Assembly: GCA_977017645.1 (NCBI GenBank)
Contig: OZ360231.1
Location: forward strand, 65,720,001-65,784,000
Direction of reading: 5' to 3'
From: Torpedo marmorata
Lineage: Eukaryota
Length of the DNA: 64,000 nucleotides
Shown here: piece after piece, positions 25,601-36,255 of the stretch
Layout: every line of letters begins with the position of its first letter
Position numbering within the stretch: the first letter of the stretch is position 1
Notes under the pieces: generated by a model
Told to the model about the DNA's origin: nothing
Seen by the model: the letters and a program-made list of their open reading frames with translations, nothing else
The model's database searches: none
Translations under genes and position numbers: made by a program

Positions 25601-27320
25601 TTTTCCACCTGCAGGGTTGCTGAAGATGTGGCACCGCTGTGCGTCCTTTACATATCCATCAGGAGTCTGGAGGAGCTGTCCAGTCTGCTGTCCATATCAC
25701 CGGATCGTCCAGCCACATCGATGACGTAGTTGAAGTCACTGGCCAAAACGACTAGCCTGGATGTTGCCAGCAATGGTGGGAGCTGCTGGAAGATGGCTGC
25801 CCTCTCGCTCCACACGGGTGAGGCGTACCCATTGATCAGCTGGAGTGGGGTGTCGCGGTACGTTAGATCCATCATGACGACACTCCCCAATCCCCCAACC
25901 ACCTCCTTAACCTCGGTAATTAGAAAGTTGCCTCGCCGCAGCAAGACCGGAAGCATGGCAATCGTTCCCCCCTGCCCATGACCATACAGCCCATGGCCCA
26001 TGGGTTGTCTGTATGGTCAGGGTGGGGGGGAGGGAACGATTGCCTCACCTCTGGTCTTGCTGCAGGGAGGCAATTTTCGTGGTGGATCTAACATACCACA
26101 ACACCCTACTCTGGCTGATCAGTGTTCCGTCTGCCATTTTTCCTCCGCAGCTCCCTCCTCCATCGACTGCCTCCTCGGGAGGAGCCTCCGGCCTCGTGGC
26201 TGGGATTTGAGAGTTGGAGGTGGACGTGCTTGGGGTCTTCTCGCTCCCCCTGGCCTTGGTCTCTTCCGGGGTCTCTGTTGCAGTGAAAGTTGAGGGGACG
26301 TTGACCTCTGTGGGGGTGCGATGTTGGCCATTTCCCATCTTGTTGCCTGTGCACAGGTGGCTACCCATTTTGGGCAGTCTCTGTAGAGGTGGTCTGCTTC
26401 CCCACACAAGTTGCAGCACTTCTCTCTGCACAGTCCTTGTTCTGGTGGCCTTCCTGCTTGCAGTTCTTGCAGATGACTGCGCTGCATTGGGCCACCATAC
26501 AGCCAGGTTTGTTGCAGTTCCTGCACACCCTGGACTGTCCAGCGTGACAAAGTACCCACGGTTTCCTCCAATGGCGAACACCGTGATGGGGTTGGATGAT
26601 GGCCCCTTTGCTGTCTTCTCTCAGCTTCACCTTCAATTGGATTTTGCGGGTCCAGATTCAAAATGTGTTTTTGACATCCACACAAGTCCCTGACCTCTTA
26701 ACATAACAGCCCAGGATGGTGAGCACATCCATGACTGGCACGTGTGGGTTGAACATGTGCACTGTTATAACTCGTTCCTTCTGCATTGAAAGGATGAAGA
26801 ATGGCTGTACCATGAATAGTGAGAGTGGAGCCACGTTCCCATTCTCCTGGAAGTCCTGGAGCATCCTCTGCCATCCCGTCAGGGTCTTGAATGTCACATT
26901 AACGTGACTGTTATCCGTGATGTCCTGGAGGCAGTAGATGTCCTTCGCCTTAAATTTGTAGCAATCCATCAAGACCTTCCGGATGAAGAGATCCTGGGAA
27001 AACGGGGAACTTTCCCTCATGTCCTTCACTGCCTCCCAGATGGTGTTCCAGATTATTTGACCTCCTGATGAGTTTGTTGCCGCAGCCATCCGAATGAGAC
27101 TGGTGGAGGTGGGTTTATTGCTGGAAAGAGCATTAGATTGGACCCCCATCAACATGGATCAGCCCCTGTCAGCAGGCCAGCTCACACCAGATGATCTCTT
27201 CTGCTCCAATGGTCCTCTCAGTTGTCTTCCTCTTCCTGCTTGATGCCACAGCTTCTCATAGACCAGTTGATCAGTTCACAGCAGACGAGCAACACTTGGT
27301 CTTGGCCGAAAGGCCGAGAA
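22619..27320 (-). mobile_element. Near full-length Tx1-clade LINE (Keno-like), degenerate
   Basis: ORF1 with CCHC-type knuckles (CRNCNKPG, CKNCKQEGH, CNLCGEADHLYRDC). ORF2 with APE (INGYAS, DFN, SDNC) and RT (ISLLNINYKILSK, RQDCLLSP, YMDD). AATAAA and A-tail at ~22620. Confidence 0.9.
27292..27320 (-). pseudogene. U2 snRNA 5' fragment (nt 6-34) at the 5' end of the Tx1 element
   Basis: Reverse complement TTCTCGGCCTTTCGGCCAAGACCAAGTGT versus U2 TTCTCGGCCTTTTGGCTAAGATCAAGTGT: 26/29 identical. Confidence 0.85.
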
Positions 27321-27370
27321 TGTAAAGATATATAACCAACGTTTCAGGCCTGAGCCCTTCGTCAAGGTAT
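27321..27370 (-). mobile_element. PLE pLTR fragment with hammerhead motif (27338-27365), interrupted by the Tx1 element
   Basis: Reverse complement TTGACGAAGGGCTCAGGCCTGAAACGTT. The rest of the pLTR appears at ~22607-22620. Confidence 0.7.
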
Positions 27371-28241
27371 TCTAGAGTCCGTTATCAAGGATGAAATTTT
27401 GGTGTACTTGAAAACACAAGATAAAATAGGCCAGAGACAGCATGGTTACTTTCTGGGGATATCTTGGCTCACAAATCTGTTGGAATTCTTTGAGGAAATA
27501 ACAAGCAGGACAGACAAAAGAGAGTAGGTGGATGTTTTTTAATTGGATTTTCAGAAGGCCTTTTTGACAAGATGCTGCATATCAGGCTCATAAACAAGAT
27601 AGGATGGTATTACAGGAAAGGTACTAACTAGCATGATAGAAGATTGGCTGACTGTCAGAAGTCAAAATGGGTCTTTTTCTGGCTGGTTGCAGGTGACTAA
27701 TGATGGTCTTCAGGGGTCGGTATTTGGTCCGCTAATTTTCATGTTGTACGTAACTGATTTAGATGACTGAATTGATGGCTTTGTGGCCAAGCTTGCGGAT
27801 GATATGAAGATAGGTGGAGGGGCGGTTAGTGTTGAGGAAACGGGGAGTCTGCAGAGGGACTTGGACAGGTTGGGAAAATGGGAAAAGATGTGACAGATGG
27901 AATATAGTGTAGGGAAGTGTATAGTTATGCACTTTGGTAGAATGAATAAAGATATTGACTGTTTTTCAAATGGGGAGAAAATTCAGAAAGCAGAGGTCCA
28001 AAGGGACTTGGGAGTCCCAAAAGGTTAACTTATAGGTTGAGTTGGTAGTAAGGAAGGCAAATGCAATGTTTGCATTCATTTCAAAAGGACTAGAATATTA
28101 AAGCAAAGATGTAATGCTGAGGCTTAATCAAACATTAGTTAGACCATATTTGCAGTTTTGGGCCCATATCTAAGGAAGGATGTGCTGGTGTTAGAGAGAT
28201 TCCAGAGGAGGTTTATGAGAATGATTCTGGGGATGGAGGAT

Positions 28242-29739
28242 CAAGTCGTCAAGTCAAGTTTATTGCACATTTACAACCCGATGAAACACCATTCTCTGGT
28301 CCTCGGTGCAAAACATGCAAGCACACAACCAGACATAACACACATACGGACAAAAATACATGTGCAGGACAAGTATTCCTATATGCAAATAAATAAATAA
28401 ATATTGTTTCGTAAATATGAGAGTCTCAGATGGTTAGTGTTACAAATTCAAACCAGCAACGACAGAAGACGCAATGCAAAAGGGGTAAAATTGAAATTTA
28501 TATTTATTAAAGACAACAATTAACCCCACTATAAACGTCTATAAACACTATTCTTATCTAAAGAGTGTGTGTGTGTGTGTGTGTGTAAAGCCCAGACCAT
28601 TACAGTCTGTGCCCAACCCTCATGTAAAAATGGAAAACCTTCCACAAAACCCCCAGGTCAGTCATAAAAATGTCAGTCCCAAAAATACAGTCCACAAAAA
28701 TTCACTCTCTATGTTCAGGGTCCAAATTCAGATCTGTGTGCTGGCACGAAGGACTTCTTAATGAACGTTGGAGAGAGAGACAATGACTGTTTAAGCTTAC
28801 GAATGCTTGACCTGCTTTTCTTCTCTGATCACTTTCCCTTTTGGTAGATACACGAGGATTGCGACTCCAAATCAGTATACCACTGATTGAGGCGTGTACT
28901 TGGATCTCACAGCCGGTCTCGCTGATCTCACGCCTGTTTTTCACAAAAGTTGTTTTTAACTCAGGATTTTGCTGATACAGGAGGCCATATGCTATTCTCC
29001 CAGCCTTTTCCCCTGGGATGCACAAGCCTGGATTTTGCTGTGTTCTCCAGCCTTTGCAACTCCAAACAACTGAATCTGAATGCTTTTTGCAGAGGTTTGC
29101 ACCTGCTTTTGCAAAAGTGCAACAAAGTATCTTTTCCACAGCCTGTCTCTCTCTCTCTCTGGGTACACCAAGTCCTTGGCAAGTTAACTCTTTCAGTACC
29201 TGGTCCCAGTGTGTACTCCAAAAGACTTCATCCTTCCTGCTGACCGTCCGCAGTCCAAATGGTCAGTCATGGTCCATAACATTAGTGTGATTAGTTCCTT
29301 TGGTCGTTCAGCATTCTCACTGCCCATGGGAAGAAGCTATTTCTCAGTCTGGTGGTGCTGGCTCTGATACTCCTGGATCTCTTTCCTGATGGAAGCAGCT
29401 GAAAGATGCTGTGTGCATGGTGGAAAGGGTTCTCAACAATTTAGCGCGCCCTCTTCAGAAAATTATCCCGGTAGATCACATCGATGGGGGGGAGGGAGAC
29501 TCCAGTGATCCTCCCTGCCGGTCTTATGATCCTGTGGATTGACCTCTGATCCATTTCTCTGCAGCAACCGTACCACACTGTGTTGCAGCCGGCCAGGACG
29601 CTCTCTGTAGAAGGTTGACATCATGGTGGCCGGTAGCCTTGCCCGCTTCAGTCTTCTCAGGATGTGCAGTCGCTGTTGCGCCTTCCTGACAAGTGAGGAG
29701 TTGTGTGTCCACGATAGGACACTAGTAAAGTGAACTCCA
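28242..29739 (-). mobile_element. 5'-truncated Rex1/Babar-like LINE
   Basis: KAQQRLHILRRLKRA...STFYR C-terminal motif and (CTTGA)n tail. TSD AGGAT at 28237-28241 and 29740-29744. Confidence 0.8.
28438..29281 (-). mobile_element. Solo LTR of the Gmr1-like family
   Basis: TGTTACAAA...GGTCCATAACA with 4-bp TSD TTAG (28434-28437, 29282-29285). Homologous to the LTRs in 44983-58735. Confidence 0.93.
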
Positions 29740-29844
29740 AGGATTAATGTATGATGATTATTTGATGGCTCTGGGCCTGTACTTGATGGAGTTTTAAAGG
29801 ATGAGGCGGGAGATCTCATTGAAACCTACCAAATATTAAAATTT

Positions 29845-30097
29845 TAAATTTTATAAATTTTAGACATACAGCACAGTAACAGGCCATTTCGGCCCACGAG
29901 TCCGTGCTACCCAATTTACATCCAATTAACCTACACCCCCGTTACATTTCGAATGGTGGGAGGAAACTGGAGGCCCCGGAGAAAACCCACGCAGACACGG
30001 GGAGAGCATACAAACTCCTTACAAACAGTGCGGGATTCGAAGCCCGGTCCTGATCGCTGGCGCTATAAAGGCATTGTGCTAACCGCTATGCCTACTG
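29845..30097 (-). mobile_element. V-SINE/HE1-like SINE
   Basis: B-box-like GCTTCGAATCC and A-box-like TAGCGGTTAGC on the - strand; V-domain-like core; AT-rich tail. Confidence 0.8.
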
Positions 30098-30236
30098 TAG
30101 GCTGGATAGAATGTAGGTGGAGAAGATGATTCCTGTAGTGGGAGAGTCTAGGACCAGAGGGCGCTGCCTCAGAATAAAAGGATGTCCCTCTAGAACAGAG
30201 ATAAGGAAAAATTTCTTCAGCTAAATCTCTAGAATT

Positions 30237-30462
30237 TCAGAATCAGAATCAGAATTTATTGTCATGAACAAGTCATGAAATTCGGTGTTTTGCGGCAGCA
30301 TCATAGTGCAATTAACATTCATATTAACCATCTAACGACATTACTATAAAAAATTATAAGCAATAGTGCACGAAAAGTAGGGTAGTGTCTATGGTTCATT
30401 GATTATTCAGGAATCTGATGGCAGCGGGGAAGAAGCTGTCCTTGTGCCGTTAAGTGCTCGTC
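30237..30462 (-). mobile_element. Rex1-type 3' UTR fragment with (ATTCTG)n tail
   Basis: Same 3' end as the 3021-3073 insert; interrupts the CR1 element. Confidence 0.7.
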
Positions 30463-30940
30463 TTTGTTGCCACAGATAGCTGTGGAGGCCAAGTCATTGT
30501 TTAGATTTTAAGTGGAGGCTGATAGGTTCTTGATTAGTAAGGGTGTTAAATGTTATGGGGAAAAGGCAGGAGAATGGGATTGAGAGGAAGAATACATCAG
30601 CCGTGATTTGAATGGCGGAGCAGCTCGATGGGCCGAATGGCCTAATTCTCCTATCTCATGGTCTCGTATTGTTCTTTGTTAACCTCAAACAACACCATCT
30701 AAACTTTAAAATTAGGGAGATACTGATAATTCAATAAATACCTACAATGTCTGCATATTTTTTTAAATCTTCTTTAATGAAGAAAGCATTAATTGGTCTG
30801 AGAACATAGTTATGCATGCAATTTGTGTGTGTTTACATGTGGGAGATATGGTAACGTGGGTAAATTTGCTTTGTTTGTATTTTTTACCATATTTTGCTTT
30901 TGCTATTCCTGTCCCACAAATTATAAGAATGATTAAATTA

Positions 30941-31873
30941 CAGTATATTTTGGCGTATAAGTCGACTCGCGGATAAGTCGACCCCCCTTTTTCAGCCTAA
31001 TTGTAATGGTTTTATTGTATATCCGGCGTATAAGTCGACCCCCAATTTTCAGGCTGTCCGGGCCTCCCAGCAACAACCCAAAATTTGTTACAACACCCCA
31101 ATCGCCAAGTAACAAAGCTGTAAATTAAGCAAGTAAGTATAAAAAAAACCTTTGCTTCTTGCGGGGAAGATGCCAAACGGAGCTGGGTCCAAGTCTTCAG
31201 CTTCGGCTGCAGCCAGAGTCGGCGACGGGCGACTCGATTCTCCACATCGGGTGCGGTGCTGTTCTCATTGAAGAAGTCGCCTCGCTGCCCAAGTGTGCTC
31301 GGTGCAGGAACCACGGTACGTGTCAGCTCCCGAGCAGGTGCGGGGACTCGTTCTCCCGAGCAGGTGCGGGGACTCGTTCTCCCGGGCATGAGCGGCGACG
31401 TCGTTCTCCCGGGCAGGTGCGGCGACCTCGTTCTCCCGAGCAGGTGCGGCGACCTCGTTCTCCCGAGCAGGTGCGGGGAGCTCATTCTCCCGAGCAGGTG
31501 CGGGGAGCTTGTTCTCCCGGGCAGGAGCGGCGACCTCGTTCTCCCGGGTAGGAGCGGGGACCTCGGGCTCTACAATTGTAGAATGTCTGGGTGGTTTATG
31601 GCGGCGCCCGGTGGTGGGGAGGTGTCGGGTAGCGGTGGCGCCGGCGGTGGGGAAGTGCTTCCAGCGTCGACCTATATGCCGAATCGGTTTTTCATGGGTC
31701 AACTTATACGCTGAATCGGGTTTTCAAGGGTCGACTTATATGCCGAATCGGCGTGGAGTGGTTTTTGAGCTGATTTTAAGGTCTCAAAAGTATATCTGGC
31801 GTATAAGTCGACCCCCGTTTTTTGAGAGATTTTTGAGGGTTTCAAGACTCGACTTATACGCCGAAATATACGG
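30941..31873. mobile_element. Tc1/mariner-superfamily (Tc2/pogo-like) MITE, 933 bp
   Basis: TIR C(A/C)GTATATTT(T/C)GGCGTATAAGTCGA, TA TSD and multiple subterminal TATAAGTCGAC motifs. Confidence 0.9.
31325..31562. repeat. GC-rich minisatellite (~26-27-bp unit TCGTTCTCCCGAGCAGGTGCGGGGAC, about 9 copies) inside the MITE
   Basis: Direct tandem units with no spacers. Confidence 0.9.
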
Positions 31874-32468
31874 TAGTTCAATATTTCAGCTTTTTATCTC
31901 TGGATTATTTGTCATGTAGCATGGTCATTAGGGTACTACACCCAAGTACTATTGAATTGAGTAGATAAACAACATTACAAGTTGGTCCTAAATTAGTTAA
32001 CCTTTCAACTATTGTAGAAGTGGAACTGCACCTGTTAGCTTTGAACTGGTCAGCTTAGGAAGCTATTAGAGATAGGTCATACTTGTAAGTGCTTCAGGGT
32101 GGCTCCTTTTCAAAAGTGCATTTATATCTATTTGGAGACAGCCAGATTGATTGTAGTTTGATTCCTTCCTGTTCCCAAGTAGTCTAATAAAACTTGGGTC
32201 AGTTTTCAGCTCACTGCTCACAGGTAAATTCAATTTTTAGAATTGGCAGCTGAAATAGAAATAGATTTTAATTTCTATTCATTGTACTGGAAATAAAATT
32301 GGATGGTTTCTATAAAAAAAACAGTTAATCAACTTTTATACTTGGACACCAAGATGAAAATCTATCTCTTCATGCCCAGGCTCTTCTAGGAGCAAGGTAA
32401 CATGCTGCTTATTTCCCTCGGATCAGTGGAGTATGGAATGATTTTGCATTCTTTATTTTACTACTCAG

Positions 32469-32582
32469 ATCATGACTGTACCAAATGATCCTTATACCTT
32501 TCTATCATGCGGTGAAGATGGTACCGTAAGATGGTTTGATGTGAGAGCGAAGACAAATTGTACAAAAGAAGACTGCAAAGAT
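32469..32582 (+). CDS. DCAF6: DCAF6 coding exon 5 (WD40)
   Basis: actcag|[38 protein letters not shown]|gtgagt. Confidence 0.97.
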
Positions 32583-33033
32583 GTGAGTTTAAAAAATACA
32601 TGTAGACATAAACAATAATTTTTAGCAAAAGTAATGTAACAATGCTCCTTTGAAATATGCTTGCATGTTTGAAAATTTAATCATTGACAAAAATTTGCAT
32701 TTTGTTTGCACATCTATAACATTTAAATATAAATTTAAAAACATGTTAAGATGTTTTGAAAGTAATTTTATTTTTAAGTTGCTGCTGTGGTTGATAAGTG
32801 AAGCAGCCATTATAAAGATTGGCATGAAAAATACAGCTTTACTCCAGTGCATAATGTTTTGCTACAATAAAATTGTGGGTACTCTTACGTACTGTTTAAT
32901 TTCATCATAGATGTGTTAACAATATTCCTATCTGGTGTTAATACTAAATTTTCATCCTTTTATGTGAGTATTTCACATCAAATTTTGGATAGATTCACTC
33001 CACTGTTTTGACTGATTGGTTGAAAATATTTTT

Positions 33034-34105
33034 TTTTAAATATTTTATTTTAAATTTTCAAATTTTTCACAATAATACAAAATAGTACAAAATATATAGT
33101 AAACATTAATAAATCCAATACAAACAAAATTTGTATTACCGTGGTTCTAACCCCATCTCAACCCACCCTCACTAAAACAACCCACCCTCTACCCTTCCCA
33201 TCCCTTACTCCCTCCCCTTACTAAAAATAAAGAAAAGAGAAAAGAAGAAAGAGGAGAAGACATTGATATTTATCGAAAACATCCGTACGGGTCCACGGCT
33301 CAGTGCGAGACATTCAACAGTATTCATTCTTTAAATTTAAGAGAGTCAGCAGGGTCTAGGATGTAGAGCAACACATTTAAATATTCATACCTAATAATTG
33401 GATGAATGGACGCCAAATTTGCAAAAAATACCCCATATTTATTCCTCATATTATATGTTATTCTTTCCAATGGAATACAACTCCGCATCTCTAAGTTCCA
33501 TCTGTCCATACTTAAATTTGTATCCGATTTCCAAGTTACTGCTATACATTTCCTTGCTACTGCTAATGCAATTTTTACAAATTTCAATTGCCATGTAGAT
33601 AACTTCAATTTTGGTCTAGTTCCTTCCACATTTCCCAATAAAAATAAGTCAGGATTCTGTGGAAATGTAACACCTGTAATTTGTTTTAACCGATTTCCTA
33701 ACTCTATCCAAAAACCTTTAACTTTTGGACATAACCACGTTGAATGTAAAAAGGTTCCCTCTTCTTCGCCACATCTAAAACATCTATTTGATATCGTAGA
33801 ATTTATCTTATTCAATTTTTGTGGTGTAAGATATAATTGATGTAAAAAATTATATTGTACCAGTCTATATCTTACATTAACAGTATTAGTCATACTATCT
33901 AAACATAAATCCGACCATCTTTTTTCATCAATTATAACATTAAGATCTTGTTCCCATCTTTGTCTAGATTTATGAAGTCCTCGTTTTAAAGCTCCCCTTT
34001 GTAGCAAAGAATACACTATAGAAGTAAATTTTTTAATATTTCCTTTCCTAATAAGGGTTTCTACCTCACTACAATCTTGTAACAACATATCTGGACCTAA
34101 TTTTT
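33034..34105 (-). mobile_element. 5'-truncated L1 (ORF2 C-terminus plus 3' UTR)
   Basis: ORF 33324-34130 with the CFRC..H...C knuckle. 15-bp TSD GTTGAAAATATTTTT at 33019-33033 and 34106-34120. Confidence 0.92.
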
Positions 34106-34285
34106 GTTGAAAATATTTTTGAAAAGTCATTAGTTGGACCCATTTTTCAAAAAACTTTTTTTTCCGAAAGATGCAATATGATCACACTTCTAAAAGTATT
34201 GCTTCAGCTATAGTTTTATATCCACTTTGTCTTGAGGAGAAGAGTCCAATCAAGCAATGTTGTTTAGTATCCATATCTTGTTACA

Positions 34286-35080
34286 AGAAAGTCTGTAGAT
34301 GCTGTGATTGTAGTTTACACAAAAATGCTGGAGAAACTCAGCAAGTCACTCAGTGTTCTTTATGTGGCAAAGATAAAGATACATGAGGCCATGGAGAGAT
34401 ATGCCGATGCGGGAGTGGGGCGTTGAATTGAAATGGTTGGCCAATGGGAGATCCCCACCATTGCTGCAGACAGAGCGAAGGTGCTCAACGAATCGATCTC
34501 CCATCAGCGTCCAGTCTCTCCAATGTAGAGAAGGCTACAACGGAATCACCGGATGCAGCAGATGACCCAGTGGCCAACCATTTCAATTCCGCGCTAACAT
34601 GTTTGTCCATGGCCTCATGGACTGCCAGACTGAGGCCACCCGCAGATTGGAGGAGTAACATCTAATATTCCATCTGGGCACTCTCCAACTGGGTGGCATT
34701 AGCATCAACTTCTACAGTTTCCATTAGGCCACTCCCCTGTCTCCCTCTCTCCCCCATCCCTCTGCGTCCTTTCCTCCAGCTCTCCACGCCCTTCCTTCTC
34801 CATTCGGAGCTACCTCTATCCCCTCCCTCTATCACCTCAGCTTTTTTCTCTTGCGCCCTCCCACCCATATCAATCTATGACCTCTTGCTTGTGGGCATGT
34901 GTCTCTCTTCCACCCCCCCCCCCTGCCCCCCGCCCCTTCCCCCACCTTTTTATTCAGGAGCCTGCCTGCTTTTAGCTCATATATTGACGAAGGGCTCAGG
35001 CCGCCCGAAATGTTGGTTATGTATCTTTATCTTTGCTACATAAAGAACGCTGTGTGACTTGCTGAGTTTCTCCAGCATTT
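34286..35080. mobile_element. Older rearranged PLE (inverted EN/pLTR pieces) with a decayed hammerhead motif near 34984
   Basis: Minus-strand pLTR tail and GIY-YIG piece to ~34562, then plus-strand PVANHFN..., pLTR and TTGACGAAGGGCTC...GAAATGTT. Confidence 0.75.
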
Positions 35081-35354
35081 AACAGTATCTTGTAGTCTTG
35101 ATAGGAAAATAGTTTCCATATTGGACTCATTATGATATTTAAGTTTGTTGCTATCAGTCTTACTTCCTCTGCATTTGTGTACTAGAATTTTGAAATCATT
35201 ATTTTATTGCAAAATGAATGATTGAGCTTTTTGTATTCAAAATTGAAATAATGTCTTGGAGCATTAATTTATTCTTAAATATTTTAGTTACCAATTTTGA
35301 ATCGCACAACTTGAGACATAAATCCTTAATACTTCAAATTTTCATTTGTAACAG

Positions 35355-35490
35355 GATATTTTAATAAACTGTCGCCGTGCTGCTACTTCAATCGCTATCT
35401 GCCCTTTGATGCCATACTACTTATCTGTTGGTTGCTCGGATAGCTCTGTGAGAATATATGATAGAAGAATGCTTGGCACAAGAGCTACAG
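35355..35490 (+). CDS. DCAF6: DCAF6 coding exon 6 (WD40)
   Basis: taacag|[45 protein letters not shown](G)|gttttt. Confidence 0.96.
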
Positions 35491-36037
35491 GTTTTTAATA
35501 CTTTATTTTTATCATGCAAAATAAGACCCTCTTTAACACTGCACACAGCTAAAATGTAATCAATTTATTTGTTTGATTTTAATTAAATGCATTGGATAAT
35601 TTTTGGTAGAAATATGCAATTAAAGTGAATCCATAATAAAAATGTTAATAAATGAAGGACACAAAAGTATAGTCAAATGAGGGCAATAACACAGATATGA
35701 GCTAGTGCCAGGAGGCAAAGATTTTGCCACTGGTTTTAAACTGAAACAAATTCTGACTTAATAACTGCAAGATGTCTGATAAAATATGAGCTATTGTACA
35801 TGTAAAATCTGTGCACCAGCTCTCTAAAACCATTTTGCACAGGTGGAAAAAATGTTCTTGACAGAAAGCAATGGTTAAGGAAGTGTAAGGTATTTTGGTA
35901 GCAAGTATGCAGGAGGAATAAAAGCCAGGTAAACAAGAAAAAAAGTCATCGCTAATGATGCTCGAATTATGACTGGATAGCTTGGTTAGAAGTGAAGGAC
36001 AATGAATGTTGTATTATTTATCTTTATTTCTTTGCAG

Positions 36038-36255
36038 GTAGTTACAATGCTCGAGCAACAACTGGAATGTGTGCAAGATTTGTACCCCCACATCTTGCCA
36101 ATAAATCTTGTCGAGTTACATCTCTCTGTTACAGTAATGATGGGCAGGAAATTCTTGTTAGTTATTCATCGGACTATATTTATCTCTTTGATCCTAACGA
36201 TGATCAAGGACGTGAACTTAAGGTCCCTTCAACTGATGAGAGAAGAGAGCCAGAG
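36038..36255 (+). CDS. DCAF6: DCAF6 coding exon 7 (WD40)
   Basis: ttgcag|(G)[72 protein letters not shown]|gtagga. Confidence 0.97.

Larger units (their letters stand above)
22075..30670 (+). mobile_element. Old CR1 LINE split by several later insertions
   Basis: CR1 ORF2 pieces: VPEDWNVAHFTPLF..YRLISLTSVVGKI|LESVIK, DFQKAF, QGSVFGP, ADD; CR1 3' UTR near 30600-30670. Confidence 0.85.

Noticed and set aside
27292-27320. Functional U2 snRNA gene
   Set aside because: Only nt 6-34 are present; there is no Sm site, no downstream stems and no promoter context.
28567-29290. ORFs recurring in the Gmr1 LTRs (e.g. MEYTLGPGTE...)
   Set aside because: Frames and lengths differ among the five LTR copies and cross microsatellites, so a conserved accessory protein is not supported.
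31325-31562. CRISPR-like periodic repeat
   Set aside because: The units are contiguous with no unique spacers, lie inside a MITE, and the context is eukaryotic with no cas genes.
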